NCBI GenBank assembly: GCA_051362555.1
Contig: CM120645.1
Coordinates: 23,836,934 to 23,900,933, forward strand
Reading direction: 5' to 3'
Source: Lingula anatina
Lineage: Eukaryota > Animalia > Brachiopoda
Length of the DNA stretch: 64,000 bases
The notes beneath the pieces are model-generated. The model was not told the DNA's origin and searched no databases. It worked only from the letters and a program-made list of their open reading frames with translations. The number at the start of each line of letters is the position of its first letter. The stretch's first letter is position 1. The translations under genes were made by a program, and so were the position numbers. This document shows, piece after piece, positions 13,101 to 24,770 of the stretch.

Positions 13101-16100
13101 ACAATTACAGGAAGGCAAACCAAGCATGGAAAATGCCAAAAAACTACAAATTCACACTACCTTTGCAACTTTTTAAAATATGCTCTGTTGAACGTAATCT
13201 AGGTACACAATTAACAATGGCAAGCTAACCATCCACACTCCATCCAAGACCCTGGACTCCGGCAACTACCAGTGTGTGGCCAGCAACAAGTATGGTTCAG
13301 TTCTCAGCAACCAAGTCCAACTGCAGTTTGGATGTAAGTATGGCAGGGACAAGATTTTTCTGACTTTTTGGGAGCCAAAATCATCATTGGCTTAATTTAT
13401 CAGTTCTCTGAACCACACGCCATATTTTCTGACTTATTTTCACGAAATGGCAGTTTTTTCCCCTGTATGGGCGGGGTTAACATAGGTCACATTTTGTTCT
13501 GTCTCAGCACTTTGTGTACTCTCTGGTACAGACATGCTTTTCAGTGATTTATGTATATTTTTCTGGGAGTTTTCTGTCTTAAGGCAGCCCCCCTCGATTG
13601 TAAGGTCACCAAGCCATTTTTTCATGCTTTTTTTCTAACAATCCAAACTTATCTCAGAATTAAGATATAGCAATTTAATCAAGAACTTTGTCAAAGAATT
13701 TTATGCTTAGTTGGTTGATTTGTAGACTGTATGGTCAAGTCTGTGATAGTACCCAGGCTGAGCAAATTTACACCAAGAGCATAATTCAGGATATTTCTTT
13801 CTAAAGATCAGCACAACAGTGTTCATCTTTTCATTTTTTTTAAACCTTTTTTCTTTTTTCACCAGTTTTGGATGACTTCCCTAACGTGATTCGTCAGCCA
13901 GTACAAACCTCTGTCACTGTGGGGACCGCCATTCCCTGCAACGCACCCAATCACTATGGAGGTAAGAGTGAACCGCTTTCTTCTCAGTTTGATGGTAGAC
14001 ATTTAAGTCTTTTGAATTTATCCAGAAATTCAGACTTAACATTTTTGCTGCCCATCTTCAGCTCTTGCATTTTTAGGATTATTTTTAAAGATTCAGTTTC
14101 ATCAGTGTGATAAGGGAATTGTGTGTTATTTTAAAAAAATTCTTCATGATTACAGTACACAATTTTACTGCATCATTGAATATGAGGATAGTGTTATTGG
14201 TGATTAAATAATTTTTCAAACACAATTTTATTTTCAGAGCTTATTTATCAGTGGTACAAGAACACCCTGAGAGACTACATCCGTACTGACGTCAAACCCT
14301 GGGTGTTCATCTCCCAGTCTGGCTACATCTACTTCTCTTCCGTGACGGAGGAGGATTCTGGAAACTACATCTGTCACGTGTACAGTCCCATCTCCACCTC
14401 TAACACTGGAAAGTTTAGCAAACCCATCCAGCTGATTGTCACGAAAGGATGTAAGTATTTAACTATTGCTATTTCTTTTTATTTCTATACTGTTTATGTG
14501 GATTGTTTGTGGCAATTGAAAATAAGTATTTTCTGGTGCTTATTTGGTGGACCTGTATCTTACCAATATTAAATTGAGTTTACCAGTTGATTGTGACTCA
14601 AAGGTTTTTTGTCCTTATTTCCTCTCATATGGTACCAATTAATATCCTTAAATTTTACACTTTCTCCAGTTGTTTGAAATTAGAAAATTAATAAATCCAT
14701 TGATTTTTATTGTAATCAAAGCTGTCTAATTGTTTATTTTCAGTGTCCCGTATTGTTGAGCCTCAGATAGTGAGTGGTTTTCCTCAACTGTTTCCACAGA
14801 ACACGGCCTTACTGAGAGGCATGGAGATTAGACTGGAGTGCTTCGCCTGGGGAACGTAAGTGAATTGATCAAGTTTTAGTGCAGGGATCAGTTTATCTGT
14901 TTTAAGTTTGTGAAAATCGTTTAGAATATTAGAAGTTTCTTAGTTTCCATAGAATATAAGAGATTTTTTACATCACATGGAAAAATGATTTGCCATTTTG
15001 TTGGCTAAAATGAATTATAACATTTGACAGTTATGTTTATGTGACATCATTTTATACCTATAGTACAAGGTCAGTTTTACATAATACTGTTTTTATTTAC
15101 AAAACTGAGTTTCAACCTCATTTGTAATTTTATAAACAGGCTTATTGAACATGTTTACATATTATATAGATGCCTGTTCAGTTTGGTAGAAGCAAGTCTT
15201 ATATTTCACCCCTTTTTCTTTCTTCATAGAAACAACCTATTCTACCAGTGGGGAAGAACTGATGGTAAGAACATGCCGCGTCGTGCTATCACTAAAGACA
15301 ACAACCGCGTTGTGATCATCCCCAGCGTGGAACTCGCAGACGAGGGGACATATGAGTGTAGAGTGCAGAGAGAATTTGGGCAGACGGCCACTGGAACTGT
15401 TACCATTACTCTGGAAGGTAGGCGGTAATCCTGATGTGCGAGCAATTTATTTATTTTATTATTTTTTATTATTTGTTGGTTTCTTTTTGAAATAGTGTTC
15501 AGGTTATAAACATTTTTTACTGAATTATTTAAAATTCGTAAGATTTTAAATTTTGTTTCATTTTCCCCCTAGCCGAGCCCTATTTCCTGGTCTCTTGGAA
15601 GGATGAGTTTGTGGACCAGGGCGATTCCGTCAGTTGGAGCTGTCGGGCCAATGGAAAACCAGAAGTCGACTATTTCTGGTTCAAAAATGGTTTACCCCTC
15701 AGTGAAAACACCCTACCTGCCAATGAAGTGGGCCGTTTCTCCTGGACTCAGAGAAAAGATCGCCTGACTATCCAGAATTTGAAGCAGTGGGATTCTGCGA
15801 TGTATCAGTGCGGGGCTAAGAATCAGTATGCAATGAGATACCTGACCAGAGAACTGAAAGTGATGAGTAAGTTGGAAACATTTCCTGATTGTTTTCATGA
15901 TTTATTGGGCCTTTCAAGTAATATTTATTAACTATACCGATTTGACTTTTAGTGGAAATAATTATGATTCTGATTTCACAAATCACACTTGTGAAGATAA
16001 ACTATAAACAAGATAAAACTATGAACAGATAGATATGAATATTAAGTAATACATAACCATTATAATATTTATAATGAAATGTCACCCCTTCTTCATCTTC

Positions 16101-19100
16101 TAGGATTTGCACCATCTTTCATCAAGAACCCAGTAGATCCCAACCAGTTTGCCGTCCAGGGAGGTAACGTCACCATCGTCTGCCAGCCCGAAGCCGCGCC
16201 CAAGGTTCAAGTGGAGAAAATCACATGGAAGAAGGATGGTGGCTCCCTCACACTGACTGGTGGTGGACGCATCAGTAAACTGCCCAATGGCAATCTCTTG
16301 ATTCGTTCAGTTCAGTACAGTGACCGAGGAAATTACACCTGTGTTGCGGAGAATGATGTTGGGTCAGCCGAGAGTACTGGGTTCCTGACTGTAGTAGGTA
16401 GGGAGAATTTTGATTCTGATCATAAATTTAATTGATTCTTATTTTGACTTGAAATTTATGAATTAGTTGCTTAGTATATAAAAATAATGTTTTAATTTTC
16501 ATTCGAATAAAGAAGTGAAGACTTAATGAAAAAAATTTTATTTAAAATTTAATTATTTATTTTCATCATTTTAGTAGTATATTTGTGAGTACTTCCCTTA
16601 ATATAAGTGCTAAAGTGTTGGTTTTAAATAAAAAAATTATTACCTCCACCACGTGTAAGCATTACTGGGTTGCAAGCTCACTGACCTGTCTGAAAAAGTA
16701 ATGGACAAAATTTTCAGGATATGGGCTTACTTAGAGTCAGTTAACTAGATCTTGGTGGTGATTTGTTTATGGATTTATCTTGAAATTTGAGCTGCCTTGG
16801 CCGAGGTCCGCCACATCTAAACAGCATTTGAGTGCTTAAATTTCTTCTTGCCACCATTTCAAAACTGCAACTTTTTTCTTGCGTATCAGAATCCACCAGT
16901 CTCCAGATGAAGCCGTCAGAGCAGTCTCCTCCCATCAGGACAACATATGTAGGTCAGAACCTGACTCTTTACTGCCTGGCCACCGTTAACCCGCTACTCG
17001 ACCTCAACTACATATGGCGGTTCAACGACCGTGATATTGACTTTGAGGGCAAGTACGACCAGTATGGGCTGCGGGTGGAGGAACCAGACAGATACTGGCA
17101 AAGGGTAAGGAGCTCTTGTCTTTGTTTTTTTTAATTTTTATGAAGTTATTTTATAAATATTTAATGTAGTTTATAAAGATCTTTGTATGGGTGAAGGCTG
17201 TATGAACTTGCATATAGTGTAAGGGCCCAAGCTTTTTTATTCAGCGAATTAAGTATCCCTACCTAAACTGTAACCTAGCTATTTGTAATGTGTAGTGGTT
17301 TATATAATATTCAAAACAATTTTAATACATTGTATTTTTATATCAAAATAAAAACATGGCAATACTGTGTTTCTAGGGAATTGGTGAATACCGTGGTAAC
17401 CTGTTGATCTACCCGGTAACCTTTGACGTGGAGGGCTGGTATGAGTGTATAGCTAAAACACCTGCCGACCAGGCCTCCGCTAAAGTGGAGCTCAGAGTTG
17501 AAGGTATAAGAATATTTACTTTTTATTATTTGAGATTGAAAAATTCAATACTGGAATGATCTTTGTCAACAGTTGTTTTATGATAATATTTTATTGAGCT
17601 CTAAATATGCCACATTTCCAAAAAAATTATTGGAACTGATAGGTGGTAAATTGATGAATCATTTCTCACCAGTAAGACTATTTCTCTCTCCCTTAGAGGC
17701 CATAATTCCTGGACATCTCTTGTCGTGTTTTAGGTCCCCCAGGCCAGCCGTCAGGTATTGAGTGTGTGACCTTGAACTCCAGTTCCGTCAATGTCACATG
17801 GTTCCCAGGCCCTGACCATCGCAGTGCCATACAGCAGTATAAGATTGAGGGCTATAACGCTGCCGAGGGGATCTGGAAAACTGCCAAAGAACCAGAAAGT
17901 GAGTGATTCATTGTTTGTCACTTTTCACTATACCTTATTTTTTCCTTTACGGACTTTCCTTTGAGTGATTCATGCCTTTAATCTATTGCTAAGGAATGTG
18001 TCAAAAAGTTTTTGAATTAAATATGGAGAATAAAATTCCATAATACATAGCACGTTGAACTCGCCCAGTTCACAAAATACAAAAGTTTTCTTCTTTGTCA
18101 AAACTTCTTCAATTGTGATTTATTAAATTATTGTATTTGTATAACATTATAAAGGTACCAAGATCTTATTGAGGTAATTTCTGATGTGGTGTTATGGAAT
18201 TCTAGTGATCACGCAGGCAGAGTTAGGGGCCAGACGAGCCACAGTGACGGGACTGAACCCGTGGAGTACCTACAAGTTTAGATTGTTGGCAAAGAACGGT
18301 TACGGATGGGGTGAACCCAGCAAACCTTCTCGTGAGTAGCTGAAACATGTTCAGTCGGTTTATTAATTGCTATTGTTTTTGTCGTGATGTTTTTCCTGTA
18401 AATGCACCAACAGTATATTAATGTTTTGGCTTTTCTAATAATTTAGTGCTTGGAAAATACAGACCAAAAAGGATGAATTTAATAATTTTTTTCCATCATC
18501 TGTATATATGTTCAGCAATAATCAATGTCAACTAGTAAAGCTAGAAACTTTCCAGCAGCCTGAATCTAATCTATCGTGAGAATTACATAAGTTTTTTAAT
18601 GTTACTGAGAAGTAAAATTTTATAAAAAATGTGTGTGTGTTTGGGTGAATGTTGTCTATAGATTATGTGTGAAGTTGTTTACTTGTAGCCATGGTAACCA
18701 CTGCCCAGTCCATCCCGGCCCGGCCAGTCAGGAATATCACCAGAGCTGTGGACTCCAAAGTTGGCACCCTCGTTGTGGAGTGGGAGGTGGGAGTTGATGG
18801 CCATTTTATCTTCTTTTTTTAATATCCATGATGGTTTTGATTTACTATTCCAATTTTCAAAAAGAAAATAATGTTCTTTTACCAAAAATGTAAAATTTAA
18901 ATATTTTTTGTATACTTTGTGAAAAGTCTGTATTAAGCCTGTTTAGACAAAAATGTTTATATCAGTATTTTTGAAAATATAATTTTGTCAGTGGTTTTCA
19001 TTTGAATAGTTGAATAAATAAATTCAAATCTTAATACATATTTTCCTGTTTTCTCACACAGGCATTTCAGTCGATCTTCAAGTAAAATTAGAAAATAGTA

Positions 19101-22100
19101 GCTTAAGATACACCCAAACTGTGGAAGATAACCTGTAGGTCATAAATCTTCTTTTTTTCTTTTTCCAGCCTTTACCAAGATGGGAGCAGCATGGTAACAA
19201 CACAAAGTACAAGATTTACTACAGGAAAAACCAACAGGGCAAAGTCAGTGATCTAGACTGGTCTACGGTACGTACACTTTTTTAAATCAGACATATTGGT
19301 GTGCGTTATAGTAAGGGAGTTTTCTTTTCTGACACTGCCTGAATGGCTGTTAATACTGAAAATTGAAAAATCAAGTCACTAAGAATATCCTTGTCATCTC
19401 ACTTGTGTTATTAAGAGGAACTGGTTCACATTTGCAGGGTATCGTGGATGACCCTGGCCATCGCTTTGCCACCACAGTTGGCGTAGATAACACATACACT
19501 CTGTATGACATCAAGATTCAGTCCATGAATGTCAAGGGCACATCCGACGCCCTCATCTCACCCATTGTCGAGATCAGGTCTGCTATGGGATGTAAGTATG
19601 CACTGACCACTGCCACTGACCACTTAATGCTGGTCAGGATTTAAGTGGTACTTGTTGGTCTACAGAATGGACTTTAGAATTGAAGTCCAGATCAAGATGT
19701 GATCTGAAGAAATGAAAATTCCTTTTTTTATTTATTATTTAAAATTTATTTTTCTTATAGTCTTTTGTTATCAAACTCTCAACTCCCAAAGAAAGAAGAA
19801 AGGTTGTCGGTCTTAAAGTGATTTTTCATAGTTTTCTTTATTATTATTAATATTATTATTTTTTTTTACTGAAAAAGAGACTTTGTTACAACAACTTTGA
19901 TTACAATTAATCTTTTCCTTCCTCTCACCTCAGTGCCAGTAGCCGTCCCCAAGGACATTGTGGCAGAACAGTATAACGCCACCGCACTGGAGGTCACCTG
20001 GATACCTGTACAAAACACCTTTGTTAACCTTAAAGGTGTCCTTGCTGGATACAGGGTGAGCAGAAATTTAATAGTAAAGATTTACTGACACATAATTGAC
20101 ACACTTTTCTTAATCTTCTGAAAAAATATTGTTTGGCAGCCACAGTTTACAATTAACAGCTTTCATATCTTGAAAGTAAAAAACGTCTTTAAAATGTTTT
20201 TTTAAATTTAGTTTAGAGAAAGTTTCAGTGTCTGGTATGTTTTTCTTAGATTTACCACTTTACTGTAATTAAATATGTACTATCCAACTTTATGTTGCTA
20301 ATAAATATTCTTCTTATTATCACTATAAGTATTATTAATATTATCATTACAGTATAAGAATTTTTCATCTTGGTGTTTTTAGTTTAATTTGTGTGTTAAG
20401 AGATTTTATCTCAGTCAGAATGAGGATTTATCCCAGTGATATAAGGATGAGAATTCATGTATTTTTGTCAGATTTATTAAATGTTTATATCAGTGATATG
20501 AGATTTAGATTAATTTATGTATTTGGTACTCAATTTTATCAGATCAACTATTGGGTCCGTGGACGTGAGAACTCCCTGATGGCAGAGGTGGCCACCATAC
20601 CGGGTGACGTGGACAGAGGTCTCATCGTTGGACTGTACCCAGACACCTACTACGAAGTGACCGTCATGGTCTACAATGAAGCAGGAAATGGAGAACCAAG
20701 TCAGCCCTATCCACAGAAGACACTGAGACAACGTAAGTTTGCTCAAATTACTGGAATGGTTCTAACTTTGGGTTGTGCATATATAATTCTTTTAAGTGAA
20801 AGGGATTTGTAAAGTTGGTGTCCTTGTTGACAAATAACTTCCATCCTGTCACTGGTATTTAATTATCAGCAGAGTTCAGTATATATAGTTGTCCACAGAT
20901 GCAGGTTCTACCATGTTTTTTAATTTTTTAATAGCAGTTTTTTTAACAAATACTTAATGAAAGTAGAGGTCAGGAGTTTGATCATTTGAAAAACCTAAGG
21001 GGCACCATGCATGCTGTAAGTAAGAGTTGTCGGATGAAAATATCCAGACTCAGTAGATGTGAATATTATCTTTGACTTCTCCAGCCCCCAAGGACTACCC
21101 CACAGAGGTGGAGCTACACAACGTGGACACTCACACCATTAAGGTCAGCTGGAGGGGTATCAGTACTGACCAGACTGAAGAGCCGCTACAGGGATACAAG
21201 GTGGGCTGAAGAGAATTTTTTTCTTTTAATGAAGTCATATTCCTTACCTAATTACAGTGTATTAACTGTTTTGTAAATCATCTGAAAGTTTCAGTCTAAG
21301 CTTCTTCCAATCAGGGTAGGCTGAAGAAAAACTCATTTTGAAAATCCATCAGCTTTTAAAATTTTTATTTTCTGTTGATTTTCTTTTAGGTCAAATACTG
21401 GCGCACAAGTGAGAAGATTATCGATGCCAAAGATTTTGATGCAGGCAAAGACACATTTGCTACCATCAGTGATCTCTCTGCAGGAGAGAGTTACTATCTT
21501 CGTGTCTATGGCTACAGCAGAGGGGGGCAGGGGGCCATGAGTTCCCCCATGGTCATGTTTGTCATGGGTAAGAACTAGGTTCATGTTTGTTAGCAAGTTT
21601 GTCATGGTATATAGGAACAGTGCATGTAGTCTTTGGTCTTGGGTTGAAGATGAATATATTTAACAGTTAAAGGGATAATAACTCTTCGTTTCGGCCAAAA
21701 AATGAATTTTCCTGGAGTAAACAACAATTTTCCCATACTTACCCATGGTTAATGAATCCATTTTTACATTCAAAGTTAGTCCCTGGTTTTTTTCTAAAAA
21801 GTTTAGTTTTTTGTTAAAATCTCTTAAGAGATTTTAACAGAGTATAGCCATCAATGGAGGTCACGTGGTCTAAAGACAAGCTCAGATATCAGAAAAATAG
21901 CTATAACTGCCGTTTTTGTGGTAAAACAGAATATATTATAATGCTGTGAGTTACTCACAATGTTTTATTGAGAAATATAGATCTCATATGAAGAGTTATT
22001 ATCCCTTTAACTTGCTGTGCAGTCAATTTTGTAACTTTCATTATAAAATTATTTGATTCTTGGTATCCCACAATTTTTGTTTTGTCATTGATATTTATTC

Positions 22101-22298
22101 TTGATGCTTTGATGATTTTTATCTCATCTTTATTTTGATTACATTTTATTCAATATTACAGCTAAATCGGGTTGTACATATACCCAAATCATCCCTGAGG
22201 CATCCTATGTAGAAAAGTGCAGCTCCTGTCAGCATCTCGCCTCTGGCTTACTACTCTTGACTGCTCTGCTAGCACAGATACTGAAAACCATTTTATAA
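10190..22298 (+). CDS. Cont: Contactin, invertebrate type (signal peptide, C-type lectin, 6 Ig, 4 FN3, GPI-anchor signal)
   Basis: Phase-consistent GT-AG exons: 10190-10280 (signal peptide ...[16 protein letters not shown]), 10752-10846 ([15 protein letters not shown]), 11199-11287, 11639-11826, 12313-12420 (FICE, end of CTL), 12553-12766, 13203-13333 (DSGNYQC), 13866-13961, 14238-14450 (DSGNYIC), 14744-14855, 15230-15417 (DEGTYEC), 15573-15866 (DSAMYQC), 16104-16397 (DRGNYTC), 16890-17104, 17377-17503, 17734-17898, 18206-18331 ([15 protein letters not shown]), 18689-18786, 19169-19267, 19438-19591, 19934-20055, 20543-20732 ([15 protein letters not shown]), 21085-21200, 21390-21567, 22162-22298 (hydrophobic tail, TAA). 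Architecture matches Drosophila Contactin. Confidence 0.92.
16639..16838 (+). mobile_element. Degenerate Helentron-associated (HINE-like) element in a contactin intron
   Basis: 5' ATTACCTCCACC and 3' CCTTGGCCGAGGT subterminal inverted motifs resemble the better copy at 30390-30624. Confidence 0.45.
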
Positions 22299-22587
22299 AA
22301 GGTAGGTTTTTAAACGTTTTTTTTTTTTTTTTTTTACACAGAAATCCTTGATTCTATGAATTTACTATAGGTAAAAGTATTCTGCCAGCTGTCAGTGCAT
22401 AACTTTTGGTACTTTTAATATTATAATTGATTTTATGATTTTAATTTGAAAAACATTGGTTACATATTCTTTTCAGACTTTTATTGATTAGTAAGCAAAA
22501 AAGGTTTATAAAAACCAATCATAATTAGCACTATGTTTTCACTGTGATCTGAAAGAAAGAAATATATGTATAATTTTTATGTTTCAG

Positions 22588-24172
22588 AAAACCGCCATTG
22601 CTCCATGTAAATATCTGTTCTTGGGGACCATTCCATTACATAACTCCATCAAGTCTTTTTTCCTGCCATTCCTCAGATAATGTGGTCATGTGATAGACTA
22701 GTCATGTGACAACCAGAACATGTGATAGACTGGTCAGGTGACTTTCATATCACATGACTGTTGGACCAAGACAAGCTGTAAATATTCACAGGGGTTTTAT
22801 ATAATGAAAAATATTCTGTATATTAGGGACAATTTTTGCAAATAGAAATTTAATTGTAGATACATTTACTACTGCCTATTTTGTTGGAATGGAAAGAAGC
22901 CATTTTAGGCCTTTAGGTACAAATGTAGGTTTTGTAAGAGAAGAACCTCTCATTAATATTTCTCATGTGCATTTAAAAACTTAATTTTTGTACTTGCTTT
23001 ACTGAGCTCTGGCGAATTGTGAAAGAAACTTGAGTATTCTCATGTTGTATACTTCCATCTGTATACTGCAACTGAAGATGAATCTTACATTTCAAGCACA
23101 ACTCTTTGCTTGATGTGCATCTTAAACATATACCTTCTATACAAGAGGAAAACAGTAAAATATATATAGACTTAAGTGATGATGAATTTTGTAAATTTGA
23201 TGCTGTAGATTTATATTTTTATCACAGCGGCTGATATCTTTTATTTGGTAGGGGGCTTGTGTATCAAGCGTGAAATGTTAAATTATACAAAGATATTCAT
23301 GATCAGGGCCCTCATTAATAAACTATGAGTGAATGTGGAGGATAGCTATGAATTCATTTCAACAAATTTTTATTTAGTGTATATACAAGACTAAGTGATA
23401 TGTATGAGAAGTTACCCCAAGGTTAGTGAATTAGTTGCTACAAGGTTAATTACAAGTAGAAGTTTTAGGTGTAACATAGTTTTATTCTGTAAAGATTGCA
23501 TCAAAATGCAAGAACATGTTTTTGTACAAACTATTTAGTCTTAGATATTTACCTATATTCATGAATAGGACTAGTTTTTGATAGAAGAGCTTTTATAACT
23601 TGTATATAATCCTGACTAAGAATTTGTTATCACAAAGAGAGGAGGAATTGAAATTGAAAAATTGCCCAAAAAAAATCTTCACTAAAAATTGCTCTTCATC
23701 TCGCGTATAAAGGATGACTCTCATATTCAACACTTAAAGTATCAGACAATTTTTAGATTGTGTTAATATTATAAGTTCAAGAGGTTATGTGCTCTATCAA
23801 GGTTCATAAATTTGCTGTTTTTATGTAATTTTTTCTTTATTTTTAAAGTTTTAATCTTAGTGTTTTTTTTAAAAGGGCAACCCAAGATAAAAAAAAATTA
23901 AAAGCTGCTGCCAAAGAAAACATTTCTTTGGTTTAACAGTTACATATATATAGCCTAACTCAGTCTATTATGAAAAAGTGTTTCCAGGCCACTTTTTTAT
24001 CATTAATTCATCTGTGAAAATTATAATACGTTTGTGTTATGGGGTGAGCACTACGCCTGGGAAGATCGTGAAAGATAAACATTTTTCTAGCAATAATTGT
24101 TAACAAGATAAAAAACTGTTCTAGCATTGTATCAAAAAGACGTCATCTCATGTTTGTATGTCTGAGAATAAA
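22588..24172 (+). other. Probable 3' UTR exon of contactin
   Basis: Donor AAG|GTAGGT at 22302 (3 nt after the stop), acceptor TTTCAG ending 22587, AATAAA near 24167. The 3' end is uncertain. Confidence 0.5.
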
Positions 24173-24594
24173 TGAAGAAATCTTTTGAAAAGAATGTGTT
24201 TATTATTTTCTTTATAGTTTAAAAGTAACAGCTTGGGGACTGAAGGGGATGATATCTTTTCACTTGGCTGGAAAGGCCTCATAAAACGAATTTTCCTGGG
24301 GTGAATGATAATTTTGCTATGCATGATGCCAATGGCTAATGAATCCTTTCCGAAATCCAATGTCAGTTGGTTGATTTTTTAGAAAGAAAACGAATTTTGT
24401 AAAAAAAAAAAAATGTTAAGTTCTCAATACCGTATTACATCTCAGTACGCAATCTCTTATTGCTTAATTCTTCAAATTATTACTGACAGTGAAATGTAAA
24501 TTGTGTACATTTTTATTGTCAGTATATTGTTATATTTGCAAGAAATCAGCTGAAATTCTATAAATGCGCAACACAAGCACCGACAATATAATAC

Positions 24595-24770
24595 GCGCGA
24601 ATTTTCTCCATAGACATACTCCTTTGCAAACGATTGTTTTCGCGCGGCTGAATTAGAAGCTAGCATGAGCAAAGCTCCAATGCAAGCGCGTTTTCTATTG
24701 GTCATCCTAGCTGAATAAACCAATCGATAACACGATAATGTTTCTGATGAGCATAATTTTCAAAATGGCG
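24595..24770 (+). promoter_or_regulatory. Cell-cycle-type promoter of CCP110 (E2F, CCAAT x3, CHR, YY1)
   Basis: TTTCGCGC 24638-24645; GCGCGAA 24595-24601; CCAAT 24677 and 24720; ATTGG 24697; TTCAAA (reverse CHR TTTGAA) 24759-24764; AAAATGGCG over the start codon. Confidence 0.6.

Noticed and set aside
24744-24765. CTGATGAG hammerhead-like core (also CTGAAGAG at 53021)
   Set aside because: No stem II with GAAA and no closing stems.
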